This document shows positions 37,690 to 46,307 of a DNA stretch of 64,000 nucleotides, one piece after another. Numbering within the stretch: the stretch's first letter is position 1; every line of letters starts with the position of its first letter. Origin of the DNA: an uncultured Bacteroidia bacterium (lineage in GTDB: Bacteria > UBA4055). The translations under genes were made by a program, and so were the position numbers. The stretch lies in assembly GCA_964648295.1 (NCBI GenBank), contig CAZYNH010000002.1, forward strand, positions 259,075-323,074, in the 5' to 3' direction. The notes below the pieces were generated by a model. The model was given only the letters and a program-made list of their open reading frames with translations. It did no database searches and was not told where the DNA came from.

Positions 37690-39616
37690 TTTTTCCTCCT
37701 ACAGCTCCTATCATATACAGGTTGTTAGCGCTTGAAAGAGACGCAAGTTTTAACTTTAAAGGCAGATAGTGTTCTTTTTTAAAATGTATCAGGGAACTCT
37801 CAAAATGATAAGAGACCTCAAGCGTCTTTCCGTCATTTTTGCTGTTGAGAGAGGTCTTAAAGCCCATAAAATCCAGATCCGCAGGATGCGGTATCGAGAC
37901 TTCTGATATCTCCCTGTCGAATTCCATTATTATTTTTGTGTCCATACTGTATGTTCCGCCCATTTTGAAATCAGATTTTCTTTCATTGAGACCGAAAGTC
38001 CTCATCACGCTTCCGTAAAGAAAATGAATATCCAGTTTTGGAGCTATGAAGGGAATAAAAACATGGTCATCGGTCCTTGTTGCTATCCCGGGTATTCTGA
38101 CTCTGGCTGTAACAGTTATATCACTGCTGAAATCTTTCGGATCGGTGTATGTGATATCTTCAACTTCCGCGTTAGAATTAATTCCGGATATGATCCTCGT
38201 TAAGAGCGTCCGCGTTTCGTGGTCGGAGTAATTCGAGAAAATGCTGCGGGCGATCGTGTCTGCAAGACCGTTCACTTTCATCTCGACTTTACCTTCGGCG
38301 TCGTCGCCGGAGACCTTAAGGTCGATGCTGATCGCGGAATTGTTATCCTCAGGCGGGGAGACAGGCGTAGTTCTCAAAGTCGCGCCTTTTTCGCTCGCGA
38401 TCAGGTAACTTGAGTCCTCCTCGTACTTGGGAAGAAAATCCTTTGTTGTCTCGTCGGTCGGATCAAATATGAACTCCGGGTCACCGTTATCATCATACGA
38501 AACAGTGATCGCGTGGTTGAACCATACCATCGGCGCTTCAAAGTTCAGCCTGCTCCCCGACGAGATCAGGATGACATCCGATCCGATCCCTGCGAGCCGC
38601 AGCATTGCCGTGAGAAGGGCGGCCTTGTCGCGGCAGACCCCGCCGCGCGTGTCGAATGTAAAAGTCACATCGTGCGGCTCGAACCCCGGCCTGTTCTTCT
38701 CCATGTCCACTCCGAGGTATCTTACATTACGCGCCACCCAGTAGAACAGGCGAGAAGCTTTCTCCTGCCTTGTCTGAGCGCCCTCGACTATCTCAAGGGC
38801 TTTGACCTTCATTTCTTCGCTCGGATCCATATGAGGCTTAACGATATTGTAATACCATCTCGAGATGTCCTCCCATTCCTTAACCGATGTTATCCTGATA
38901 TGGTGATTCACAAAATTCCAGTCCTCCGAATCGCTTTCCCAGATCAGTCTCTGCGTGTTCTTATTGCTCCATGAATATATTGCTCTTCCGTCTGATACTT
39001 TTCTGGTATGATCGTAGGCAATATTCTTCTTATTAAGTTCGTGGATGTATATTTTTTTCCCCTCGGGCATGTTAAGCTCGAAGTGATCGCTGACATGCGA
39101 GGAATAGCTCTCGAAAGCGAAAATGTCAAAGAAATTACTCTCCATTATCTGTTTCTTAACATATCTAGTGGTCTTTTCATAAACTATATCCCTGTTTTCC
39201 AGCCCGGGAAGAGTGCCTGTATAGAATTTCGAGTTGTTAGAGTATATGTTGCTCCATCCGGGAGAGTCCTGCCTGATAAGGAATTCCTTCGGATCGAGAT
39301 CGGTAATCTTCCCGTCAGGTTTTATTATTCTGATTGTGTTCACCACAAGCGAATCGTAGTTGACATCTTCGGAATAGAAAACAGAGTTTTCTCTTTTGCC
39401 CTCTTCGTTCAGGATTAGACGGTAACTCTCCGTGGTTTCATACCCCATGAACTCTTCGTCCAGCATAACAAGTTTGTTCAGAATGTAGACCTCATTGCTG
39501 CCGGGAAAATCCGCCTGCTTTACGCCTGCAAGCATTTCCAGAGCTTTTTCATAAGGAACATATTCGGCATAGACAAGAACAGCAGATACTAGAAGAGCCT
39601 CAATAATTTTCTTCAT
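37682..39616 (-). CDS. Exported DUF3857 + transglutaminase-like protein with intact Cys-His-Asp triad
   Basis: VRYLG, GGVCRDKAALL.AMLR.AGI, FNHAI, FDPT; ATG 39616 with GAGG SD. Confidence 0.8.
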   Translation of the reverse strand: MKKIIEALLVSAVLVYAEYVPYEKALEMLAGVKQADFPGSNEVYILNKLVMLDEEFMGYETTESYRLILNEEGKRENSVFYSEDVNYDSLVVNTIRIIKPDGKITDLDPKEFLIRQDSPGWSNIYSNNSKFYTGTLPGLENRDIVYEKTTRYVKKQIMESNFFDIFAFESYSSHVSDHFELNMPEGKKIYIHELNKKNIAYDHTRKVSDGRAIYSWSNKNTQRLIWESDSEDWNFVNHHIRITSVKEWEDISRWYYNIVKPHMDPSEEMKVKALEIVEGAQTRQEKASRLFYWVARNVRYLGVDMEKNRPGFEPHDVTFTFDTRGGVCRDKAALLTAMLRLAGIGSDVILISSGSRLNFEAPMVWFNHAITVSYDDNGDPEFIFDPTDETTKDFLPKYEEDSSYLIASEKGATLRTTPVSPPEDNNSAISIDLKVSGDDAEGKVEMKVNGLADTIARSIFSNYSDHETRTLLTRIISGINSNAEVEDITYTDPKDFSSDITVTARVRIPGIATRTDDHVFIPFIAPKLDIHFLYGSVMRTFGLNERKSDFKMGGTYSMDTKIIMEFDREISEVSIPHPADLDFMGFKTSLNSKNDGKTLEVSYHFESSLIHFKKEHYLPLKLKLASLSSANNLYMIGAVGGKNE

Positions 39617-39705
39617 GAACACCTCGCAACTGTTTTTGATTAACATTAAGAAATTTCAAGGCGATAAACAAGTATATAATAAATTATTCCTATTAATCAT
39701 TTTGT

Positions 39706-39734
39706 TTGACATTACTTATGATTTTGTATATAAT
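39706..39734 (+). promoter_or_regulatory. Perfect consensus sigma70 promoter giving a probably leaderless GT9-ackA mRNA
   Basis: TTGACA-17 nt-TATAAT; ATG 39741 lies 7 nt after the -10 element. Confidence 0.85.
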
Positions 39735-39740
39735 TTGGCG

Positions 39741-40811
39741 ATGAAAAAGAGGTGTCTGATATTTTTTACGATAGGAATAGGCGATTCGCTGATGGTCACT
39801 CCTGTCGTTGAACAGATAAAGAATTTTGACGATCTCGAGTTGGAAGCTTTAACAATGAGCCCGCAGGTAACCGATATTATTCAGAACTCGGGTTTTTTTA
39901 ATAAAGTGCATTTTGTTGATTTCCTCAACGAAGACATTATAACCTCGGTAAGATCGGTTCTTGAACTTAGAAAGAACAGCTATGATATTTCAATACTGGT
40001 CTTCCCTTCGAACAATTATAAATACCATCTTGTTCATTACATGATCGGAGCTAAAAAACGATTCGGAATAAGATACACTGTGCGTAACTTTCCCAACCTG
40101 AATATACTTTCCGGCAGCCTTTTAAAAGAGAACAAGTCACTTCATGCCATTGAGCAGAATTTCAGGCTGTTCGAGTTCGCTCTGGAAAGAAAGATCAAGA
40201 GGTCAGAAAAGATGACGATAGACCTTATTCACACGGACAGAGAGCTCGCTGAAGACTTCATACTGCAGAATTCGCTTAAAGGGAAAGTGCTTGTAGGCAT
40301 ACACGCCGGTAGCGATACGTTTAAGAACATGGAAAAGAAAAGATGGAACTGGAGGAAATATGCAGGCCTGATAAAAAGTTTCAGGGACTGCGAAAATATT
40401 CATTTCATTCTCTTCGGCGGAAAAGCGGAGAACAGGCTCAACGAAAGAATATGTTCAGAGGCAGGCAGAAACTGCTCTGTTTTGAAGAACGCATCTTTTT
40501 TTCACTCTGCCGCGTTAGTTGAAAAATGTTCAGTCTTTGTTTCAGGCGACACCGGCCTCATGCATACTGCATCGGCTCTGAAAGTTCCTGTCATATCAAT
40601 ATTCGGCCCTACAAGTTCCGTTTACGCCAGGCCTCTCAATGAGGGCAGCGTGGTTGTAAAAAAGGATCACCCCTGCGTTCCGTGCTATGAGTATTCAACA
40701 TCACCCTTATCCTGCAGTCAGGAAAGAAAATATAAGTGCCTTGACGATATAACTGTTGAAGAAATTGATGAAATACTAAGGAAAAAATTAGCCCCGGGGA
40801 TAAATAAATGA
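39741..40811 (+). CDS. Glycosyltransferase family 9 (LPS heptosyltransferase-like)
   Basis: GIGDSLMVTP, GIHAGS, KRWN, FVSGDTGLMHTASALKVP.ISIFGPT, CVPC. Confidence 0.9.
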   Translation: MKKRCLIFFTIGIGDSLMVTPVVEQIKNFDDLELEALTMSPQVTDIIQNSGFFNKVHFVDFLNEDIITSVRSVLELRKNSYDISILVFPSNNYKYHLVHYMIGAKKRFGIRYTVRNFPNLNILSGSLLKENKSLHAIEQNFRLFEFALERKIKRSEKMTIDLIHTDRELAEDFILQNSLKGKVLVGIHAGSDTFKNMEKKRWNWRKYAGLIKSFRDCENIHFILFGGKAENRLNERICSEAGRNCSVLKNASFFHSAALVEKCSVFVSGDTGLMHTASALKVPVISIFGPTSSVYARPLNEGSVVVKKDHPCVPCYEYSTSPLSCSQERKYKCLDDITVEEIDEILRKKLAPGINK

Positions 40812-42019
40812 AGATTCTTGTTCTGAACTGCGGAAGCTCGTCGATAAAATACCAGCTGTTCGAGATGACAGGTAAAAAATGTCTGGCAAAAGGTAATGTT
40901 CAGAAGATAGGTCTTCTCGGAACCTATATAGATCACGAGAACGATAAGAGCATCAGGATCAGGATCGATAAATCCATACCCGACCATCAGAAAGGGATCG
41001 AGGAGATACTCAAAATTATAATTAACCCTGAATTCGGTTCACTGATAAATTACGACGAGATAAACGCTATCGGGCACAGAGTGGTACACGGCGGGGAGAC
41101 ATTCAGCGACCATGTGCTGATCGACGACGAGGTAATAAAAACTATAGAAACAATAAGCAATCTGGCTCCACTTCACAATCCTCAGAACCTGAAAGGTATA
41201 ATTTCCGCCCAGCAGATCCTGCCTAAAGTTCCTCAGGCGGCAGTATTTGACACAGCTTTCCATCAGACTATACCCCAGCATTCATACATGTACCCGCTTC
41301 CGTACTCTGTTTATATTAAAGACAAGGTCAGAAGGTACGGTTTTCACGGCACCAGCCATTATTATGTTTCAAGGAAAGCCTATGAGGACTACGGGCTCGA
41401 TCAGGAAAACTCGAAACTGGTCACATGCCATCTGGGGAACGGGGCGTCGATAACTGCGGTACTTAACGGGAAGTCAATAGATACGTCAATGGGGATGACA
41501 CCTGTTGAAGGCCTGATGATGGGCACCAGAGTGGGAGATATTGATGCCGGAGCTCTCATACATATCATGACAACAGAGGAACTGAGCCTGAAGGAGATCA
41601 ATAATCTGATCAACAAACAGAGCGGCATACTCGGAATTTCAGGCATATCGAACGATATGAGAGAACTCCAGGCGGCGAAGCACAAGGGCGGGGACAGAGC
41701 TAAACTTGCATATGACATGTTTATTTACAGGATAAGAAAGTATATCGGGGCTTATGCCGCCACGATGAACGGGATCGACGGGATCATATTCACAGGGGGA
41801 ATTGGCGAGAACGATCCTGAAGTCAGAAGAGATGTTTGCGCCGGTTTTGGTTATCTTGGGCTTGAGTTCGTTAACGAAAAGAACGATGAACTGAAAGGAA
41901 GGCAGGAACTTCTTTCGACCCTGAATTCAAAGGTGAAAGTAGCTGTAATACCTACGAACGAGGAGCTGGTGATCGCAGAAGAGACTTTCAGACTTGTTTC
42001 AGAGTGTAATAAGTCTTGA
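40808..42019 (+). CDS. ackA: Acetate kinase
   Basis: LVLNCGSSSIK, GHRVVHGG, LAPLHNP, RRYGFHGTSH, CHLGNGAS, FTGGIGEN, IPTNEE. Confidence 0.97.
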   Translation: MKILVLNCGSSSIKYQLFEMTGKKCLAKGNVQKIGLLGTYIDHENDKSIRIRIDKSIPDHQKGIEEILKIIINPEFGSLINYDEINAIGHRVVHGGETFSDHVLIDDEVIKTIETISNLAPLHNPQNLKGIISAQQILPKVPQAAVFDTAFHQTIPQHSYMYPLPYSVYIKDKVRRYGFHGTSHYYVSRKAYEDYGLDQENSKLVTCHLGNGASITAVLNGKSIDTSMGMTPVEGLMMGTRVGDIDAGALIHIMTTEELSLKEINNLINKQSGILGISGISNDMRELQAAKHKGGDRAKLAYDMFIYRIRKYIGAYAATMNGIDGIIFTGGIGENDPEVRRDVCAGFGYLGLEFVNEKNDELKGRQELLSTLNSKVKVAVIPTNEELVIAEETFRLVSECNKS

Positions 42020-42044
42020 CATAAACCTAATTTATTCTTATTTT
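42016..42044 (+). promoter_or_regulatory. Promoter for SRP RNA
   Basis: TTGACA-17 nt-TATTTT ending 9 nt before the RNA stem. Confidence 0.75.
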
Positions 42045-42052
42045 CGCACTTT

Positions 42053-42144
42053 GCCGGGACCTGTGCAATGGAGACTCGGGGAACGGGTCAGGACCTAACG
42101 GTAGCAGCCACACCCGAATATCCATGTGTTGCAGTAATCCCGGC
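42053..42144 (+). ncRNA. ffs: Small bacterial SRP RNA (4.5S)
   Basis: Long hairpin GCCGGGA/TCCCGGC, TGGA/TCCA, TCGGG/CCCGA; helix-8 signature GAAC..GTCAGG-ACC-TAAC-GGT-AGCAGC; own promoter and trailing T run. Confidence 0.9.
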
Positions 42145-42182
42145 TTTTTGTTATAACCAGGAAAAACTTGAGGGCACGCGAA

Positions 42183-43169
42183 ATGAAAAAGGTCTTTATT
42201 ACCTGCGGGGACATAAACGGTGTCGGCAACGAACTGGTGCTCAAATATTTTTCTGACAAGGACAGTTTTGATCAGGATATATTTGTTATAATCGGCAGCC
42301 GGAGTGTTTTCTTAAGAACTGCCGCCCTTCTGGGATATGATGTTCAGACCTACAAACAAATTTCTGAAGATCAGTTATCAAATATCAGCCGTCCGGGCCT
42401 GTATTTCTTAGACATACCTTTTTCGGGGCTTTTGCATGAACCGGGAAAACCTACGGCGTCAGCCGGGAAACTGTCAGGGATGGCAATAGAAAAGGGTGTG
42501 CGCCTGGCTTCAGAGAACGGCGGTGTTCTGGTCACCTGCCCGATTAATAAATATTCGCTACATCTTGGAGGATACGATTATCCCGGACATACCGAGTTCA
42601 TAGCCGAGCTGCTGAAGACAGACGATTTTCTCATGATACTTGACGGCGGCGAGATAAAAGTGGCTCTGGTAACAACACATTTGCCGATATCGGCGGTTCC
42701 GGGCGCTCTCAGCACAGAACTTATAGCCCGGAAAGGCGAAATACTTTACAGGTCGCTTGTGAAAAACTACAAAATCGAAAGGCCATACATATCTGTGCTT
42801 TCGCTCAACCCTCACGCCGGTGACGGAGGGCTGTTCGGGGACGAGGAACCGCGGATCATATCGCCGGCGATAGAGAAGCTCAATGAGCTTACATTCAACA
42901 GGGGGATATTTGCGGGCCCCGTGCCTTCAGACACTGCTTTCACGAAAAAAAATATGGCAAAAACTGACGCTTTTCTGGTAATGTACCATGATCAGGGTCT
43001 GATCCCGTTAAAGCTCATGTCTTTCGGCAGCGCGGTGAATTTTACGGCCGGCCTTCCGATAATCAGAACAAGCCCGGATCACGGGACAGCTTATGACATT
43101 GCGGGGAAAGGCGTAGCGGATATAAAAAGTTTTAAAAACGCCGTACAGAAAGCTTTGAGTTTTATATAG
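42183..43169 (+). CDS. pdxA: 4-hydroxythreonine-4-phosphate dehydrogenase
   Basis: ITCGDINGVG, VTCPINK, GHTEF, TTHLP, LNPHAGDGG, MYHDQG, IRTSPDHGTAYDIAGKG. Confidence 0.95.
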   Translation: MKKVFITCGDINGVGNELVLKYFSDKDSFDQDIFVIIGSRSVFLRTAALLGYDVQTYKQISEDQLSNISRPGLYFLDIPFSGLLHEPGKPTASAGKLSGMAIEKGVRLASENGGVLVTCPINKYSLHLGGYDYPGHTEFIAELLKTDDFLMILDGGEIKVALVTTHLPISAVPGALSTELIARKGEILYRSLVKNYKIERPYISVLSLNPHAGDGGLFGDEEPRIISPAIEKLNELTFNRGIFAGPVPSDTAFTKKNMAKTDAFLVMYHDQGLIPLKLMSFGSAVNFTAGLPIIRTSPDHGTAYDIAGKGVADIKSFKNAVQKALSFI

Positions 43170-43172
43170 TTT

Positions 43173-43748
43173 TTATTCTTCAGGTATCCTGAACATATCC
43201 TCTCTGACCTTAATATCGTTGATTATCTTCACTCTGATCTTATGATGTCTTAAATAATCGTCTTTTATGGTCGAAAGATATCTGTTGAATTTGTTCATAT
43301 ACTCCAGCTGTGAAGAAACTGTGGTTATATTAAGGTCGTTCTCTAATGCTATCGTGTTTACATTATACTTAATGACGCCGAATTTCGTGGCTATGAAAAC
43401 TATGTCCACCTCGCTTTTCTTTATCATATTATATGCCACGGTGACCAACTTGTTGTCGAACTGGGCGTTGGTATTCTCTTTGTTCGCCTGAATGTCCTCG
43501 TAGCCGATTATGCCTTCTTTGTGGCAGTAGATTATATCCGCCATGTTCGATTTCAGTCTCATGGCAAGCGCGTAGGTCTGGGGATTTTTTTCGTATTCCT
43601 CAATCTGTTTCAGTATCTGGTTCTTTATCAGAAAGTGGGTGACATGAAGTTTGCTCGGTTCATAATTAAGCTGAGTATTGACACCGATAATAATATCCTC
43701 ATGGAATATTGAGGCGTCGTGAAACACAGCTACATTTATTTCCTTCAT
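43173..43748 (-). CDS. Hypothetical protein (191 aa)
   Basis: Fills the pdxA to btuF-like gap, AAGG SD; no motif recognised. Confidence 0.6.
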   Translation of the reverse strand: MKEINVAVFHDASIFHEDIIIGVNTQLNYEPSKLHVTHFLIKNQILKQIEEYEKNPQTYALAMRLKSNMADIIYCHKEGIIGYEDIQANKENTNAQFDNKLVTVAYNMIKKSEVDIVFIATKFGVIKYNVNTIALENDLNITTVSSQLEYMNKFNRYLSTIKDDYLRHHKIRVKIINDIKVREDMFRIPEE

Positions 43749-43869
43749 AATAGACTTCCCGGTATATTAATTTTTGCACTTCAGCTAATTTCAAATATAT
43801 TAAATAAATTCTTGTATTTCCGCAATAATTTTATATCTTATTTTTCGCGGCAATTTAGGGAGATCGGTT

Positions 43870-44706
43870 ATGTCAAGATTTGCGCTCATTTATATATTAT
43901 CGGCCTTAATTCTGACCTCATGTTCGGGGAAAGAACCGGGAGTTGATAGAGGATATAAGATCATCGCTATGTCTCCGGCGATAGTGGAGACGGTTTTTTT
44001 TCTGGGAAGAGGTAAAGACATTATCGGAACTTCGGGGCATTGTAAATATCCTGAAGAAGCGGTCTGGATCCCGGTAGTTGGAGGTATATCGGATATTAAT
44101 CCGGAATTTGTTTTAAAAACGGGACCTGATATTGTTCTTCTGATGCCTTCGCAGAAAAATATTTCTGAAAAACTTGACCTTCTTGGTATTAAAAACCTGA
44201 TCGTCAGCCAGGAGACGCTGGACGAAATTCTCGATTCATTCGTTTTGATAGGTAAAGAGATCGGTATGGAAAAACGAGCCGGAACCGTCAGAGATTCTTT
44301 AAGGAACGAACTGGATAAGATCAGGTGTCCCGAAAACGGTCTCAGAGCTCTTATATCTGTAGGAAGGGAATACGGAAAGCAGGTGTCATATATCTATTCC
44401 AGCGGTCGGACAGGTTTTCTAAATGATATTATTGAGCTTTTGGGTTATTCGAACGCTCTGGAGACATCCATTCCTTATCCGAAGGTAAGCGCGGAAGCTA
44501 TAATGTCGCTTGACCCCGATATCATTATCGATCTGATACCTGCAAATCCTGCGGGTGATAATGAACTTTTAAAAGACTGGGGAATGTTCAAAAGAAGCAG
44601 GGCTTATCAGAATGGCAGAATATTGATATTCTCCGGCAGCCATACGACAATTCCGGGTCCCCGGATCTTCGATTTCATAAAAGATCTAAAAGAAAAAGGG
44701 CTCTAA
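43870..44706 (+). CDS. Helical-backbone ABC substrate-binding lipoprotein (BtuF/iron-siderophore type)
   Basis: LTSC lipobox, IIAMSPAIVE, VGG, PDIV, PDIII, PGPRI; no permease nearby. Confidence 0.82.
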   Translation: MSRFALIYILSALILTSCSGKEPGVDRGYKIIAMSPAIVETVFFLGRGKDIIGTSGHCKYPEEAVWIPVVGGISDINPEFVLKTGPDIVLLMPSQKNISEKLDLLGIKNLIVSQETLDEILDSFVLIGKEIGMEKRAGTVRDSLRNELDKIRCPENGLRALISVGREYGKQVSYIYSSGRTGFLNDIIELLGYSNALETSIPYPKVSAEAIMSLDPDIIIDLIPANPAGDNELLKDWGMFKRSRAYQNGRILIFSGSHTTIPGPRIFDFIKDLKEKGL

Positions 44707-44717
44707 AAAAGAGCCCT
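44697..44717. terminator. Hairpin between convergent genes
   Basis: AGGGCTCT-aaaaa-AGAGCCCT overlapping the stop codon. Confidence 0.55.
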
Positions 44718-44737
44718 GTGAAGCTGAAAAGTTAGTA

Positions 44738-46228
44738 TCAGAACATGATCTTGGTGGAGATACTGATCGTTTTGATCGTTTCTTCTTTTCCTTTTATTAC
44801 CCCGTCGCCGTTCATATCCTGAAATGTGTATCTGTAATCAAAGAATATCGCTGTGCCTTCGGCGATATCGTACCCGAGAATATACCCCAATACTGTACTC
44901 GGTGTTTTCCATTCCTTAAAATTTTCGACATTATTCTGCATATAGTACGCCTTAGCCGCCGCGAGTTTCGGGACAAGGTTCTCTGCTAATGCAAATTCTC
45001 CGGTAAGCGATTTAACTGATTTAATATCCTCTCCGCTGCCTGACCTCAGGTCCTGGTAATTTGCGTTCAGCCTGAAAATGCCCCATCCGTTAAAGTGCAT
45101 TCCCACGAAAAACCCGTCAAGTGCAGGAACAGATTCGAGGATGTCCTGTTTTGTCATAAACGATCCTGTATTCGCATTGTAGAATGCTCTTTCCATTTCA
45201 TATGTCGGATTGAAGTATCCGAAGAGGAATTCGCCGTCAGTATGTCTGTATTCGGCTCTGAATACGAACGGGCCGGATTGTATTCTGAAAGCCGGTGCTG
45301 AAAAACCCCAGCCGTAGTCGACTATCTGAGCAATCTGTCCGTAAATATCAATTTTCATCAGTTCGCCTTTGTATATCGGGTACCCTATGTCAAAACCGTA
45401 TGCTGTTACCTGTTTAGTCCTGTTCTTGAAATTCTCAAGAAGACTGTCTTTAACATCGCTTATCAGGCCGTAACTTACCATAGAGTCTGCCAGTGCGGGT
45501 GTCATTCTGTCCGCATAAAAATTCCAGGCCGTGGCATATCTGTCGTCATCCGGATATCTGTCGATCTCGTTGGGGAATCCGTCATCGTCGTTATCCCTCA
45601 ATCCGTTGTATTCGTTGAGATCAGCCGCAACAGTTGCACCGACAGCCAGGTCTCCCCACACTTTATAAAATACTCTTGTTCCCACAAGAAGTCCGGGTTT
45701 ATCTGTCAGGAGCTCCTTATAGTTGTTAATAAGAAGTTCCCCGCCGAATTTTTCTGTCTCGAAGCTCAATTCCATCCCGAGCCTTTTATAGTGCGGGTAC
45801 TCGATCATATTCGAATATCCGTCAACTATGATGTTGTAGCCCAGATAGCTGTAATCAAGACCGCCGAGCCTTATATAAAACGGGTCGCCCTTTTTTGCCC
45901 ATCTTATATAATATATCTTGTCCAGGTAGTCCTCGAACTCATCCCAGTCCTCTTTCCTTATGTTGCCCTCTTCATCAATAAGAAGCTGAATATCCGCTCC
46001 GAAGCCGAGTTTTCCTACAGGAATATCAAGGCGGAGACCTATCTGCTGGTAATTTTTCCCGTCGACCGTTACGGCACCTATAACCGCTGTGCCTGCCACC
46101 CCGCTTCCCTGAGAAGTAGTCCCTCCTTCTTCAGCCGGCGTGTTCTCAATATTTTCACCGCCCGCCTCATCCTGTGCGTAAAGAAAGATCCCGCAAAGAA
46201 CCAGAAACATGAATATTATTTTTTTCAT
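44738..46228 (-). CDS. Putative outer-membrane beta-barrel protein with Ca-binding DxDxDG loops
   Basis: Signal peptide, alternating hydrophobic strands, DNDDDGFPNEIDRYPDDD and DMNGDG motifs, C-terminal Phe; GGAGG SD at ATG 46228. Confidence 0.6.
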   Translation of the reverse strand: MKKIIFMFLVLCGIFLYAQDEAGGENIENTPAEEGGTTSQGSGVAGTAVIGAVTVDGKNYQQIGLRLDIPVGKLGFGADIQLLIDEEGNIRKEDWDEFEDYLDKIYYIRWAKKGDPFYIRLGGLDYSYLGYNIIVDGYSNMIEYPHYKRLGMELSFETEKFGGELLINNYKELLTDKPGLLVGTRVFYKVWGDLAVGATVAADLNEYNGLRDNDDDGFPNEIDRYPDDDRYATAWNFYADRMTPALADSMVSYGLISDVKDSLLENFKNRTKQVTAYGFDIGYPIYKGELMKIDIYGQIAQIVDYGWGFSAPAFRIQSGPFVFRAEYRHTDGEFLFGYFNPTYEMERAFYNANTGSFMTKQDILESVPALDGFFVGMHFNGWGIFRLNANYQDLRSGSGEDIKSVKSLTGEFALAENLVPKLAAAKAYYMQNNVENFKEWKTPSTVLGYILGYDIAEGTAIFFDYRYTFQDMNGDGVIKGKEETIKTISISTKIMF

Positions 46229-46272
46229 AGCAACCTCCGTAATAAGTGGATTTTTAATTAAACTCCCAAGGC

Positions 46273-46301
46273 AAGATAATTTCATTTTTTATTAATGTCA
46301 A
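46273..46301 (-). promoter_or_regulatory. Sigma70 promoter for the OMP-like gene
   Basis: Minus strand TTGACA-17 nt-TATCTT. Confidence 0.7.
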
Positions 46302-46307
46302 ATTATT

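Noticed and set aside
42068-42256. 62-aa ORF from the track
   Set aside because: It overlaps the SRP RNA and the pdxA start; a shadow ORF
43749-43869. Cobalamin riboswitch upstream of the BtuF-like gene
   Set aside because: The 120-bp AT-rich spacer lacks B12-box elements and only holds divergent promoter-like sequence
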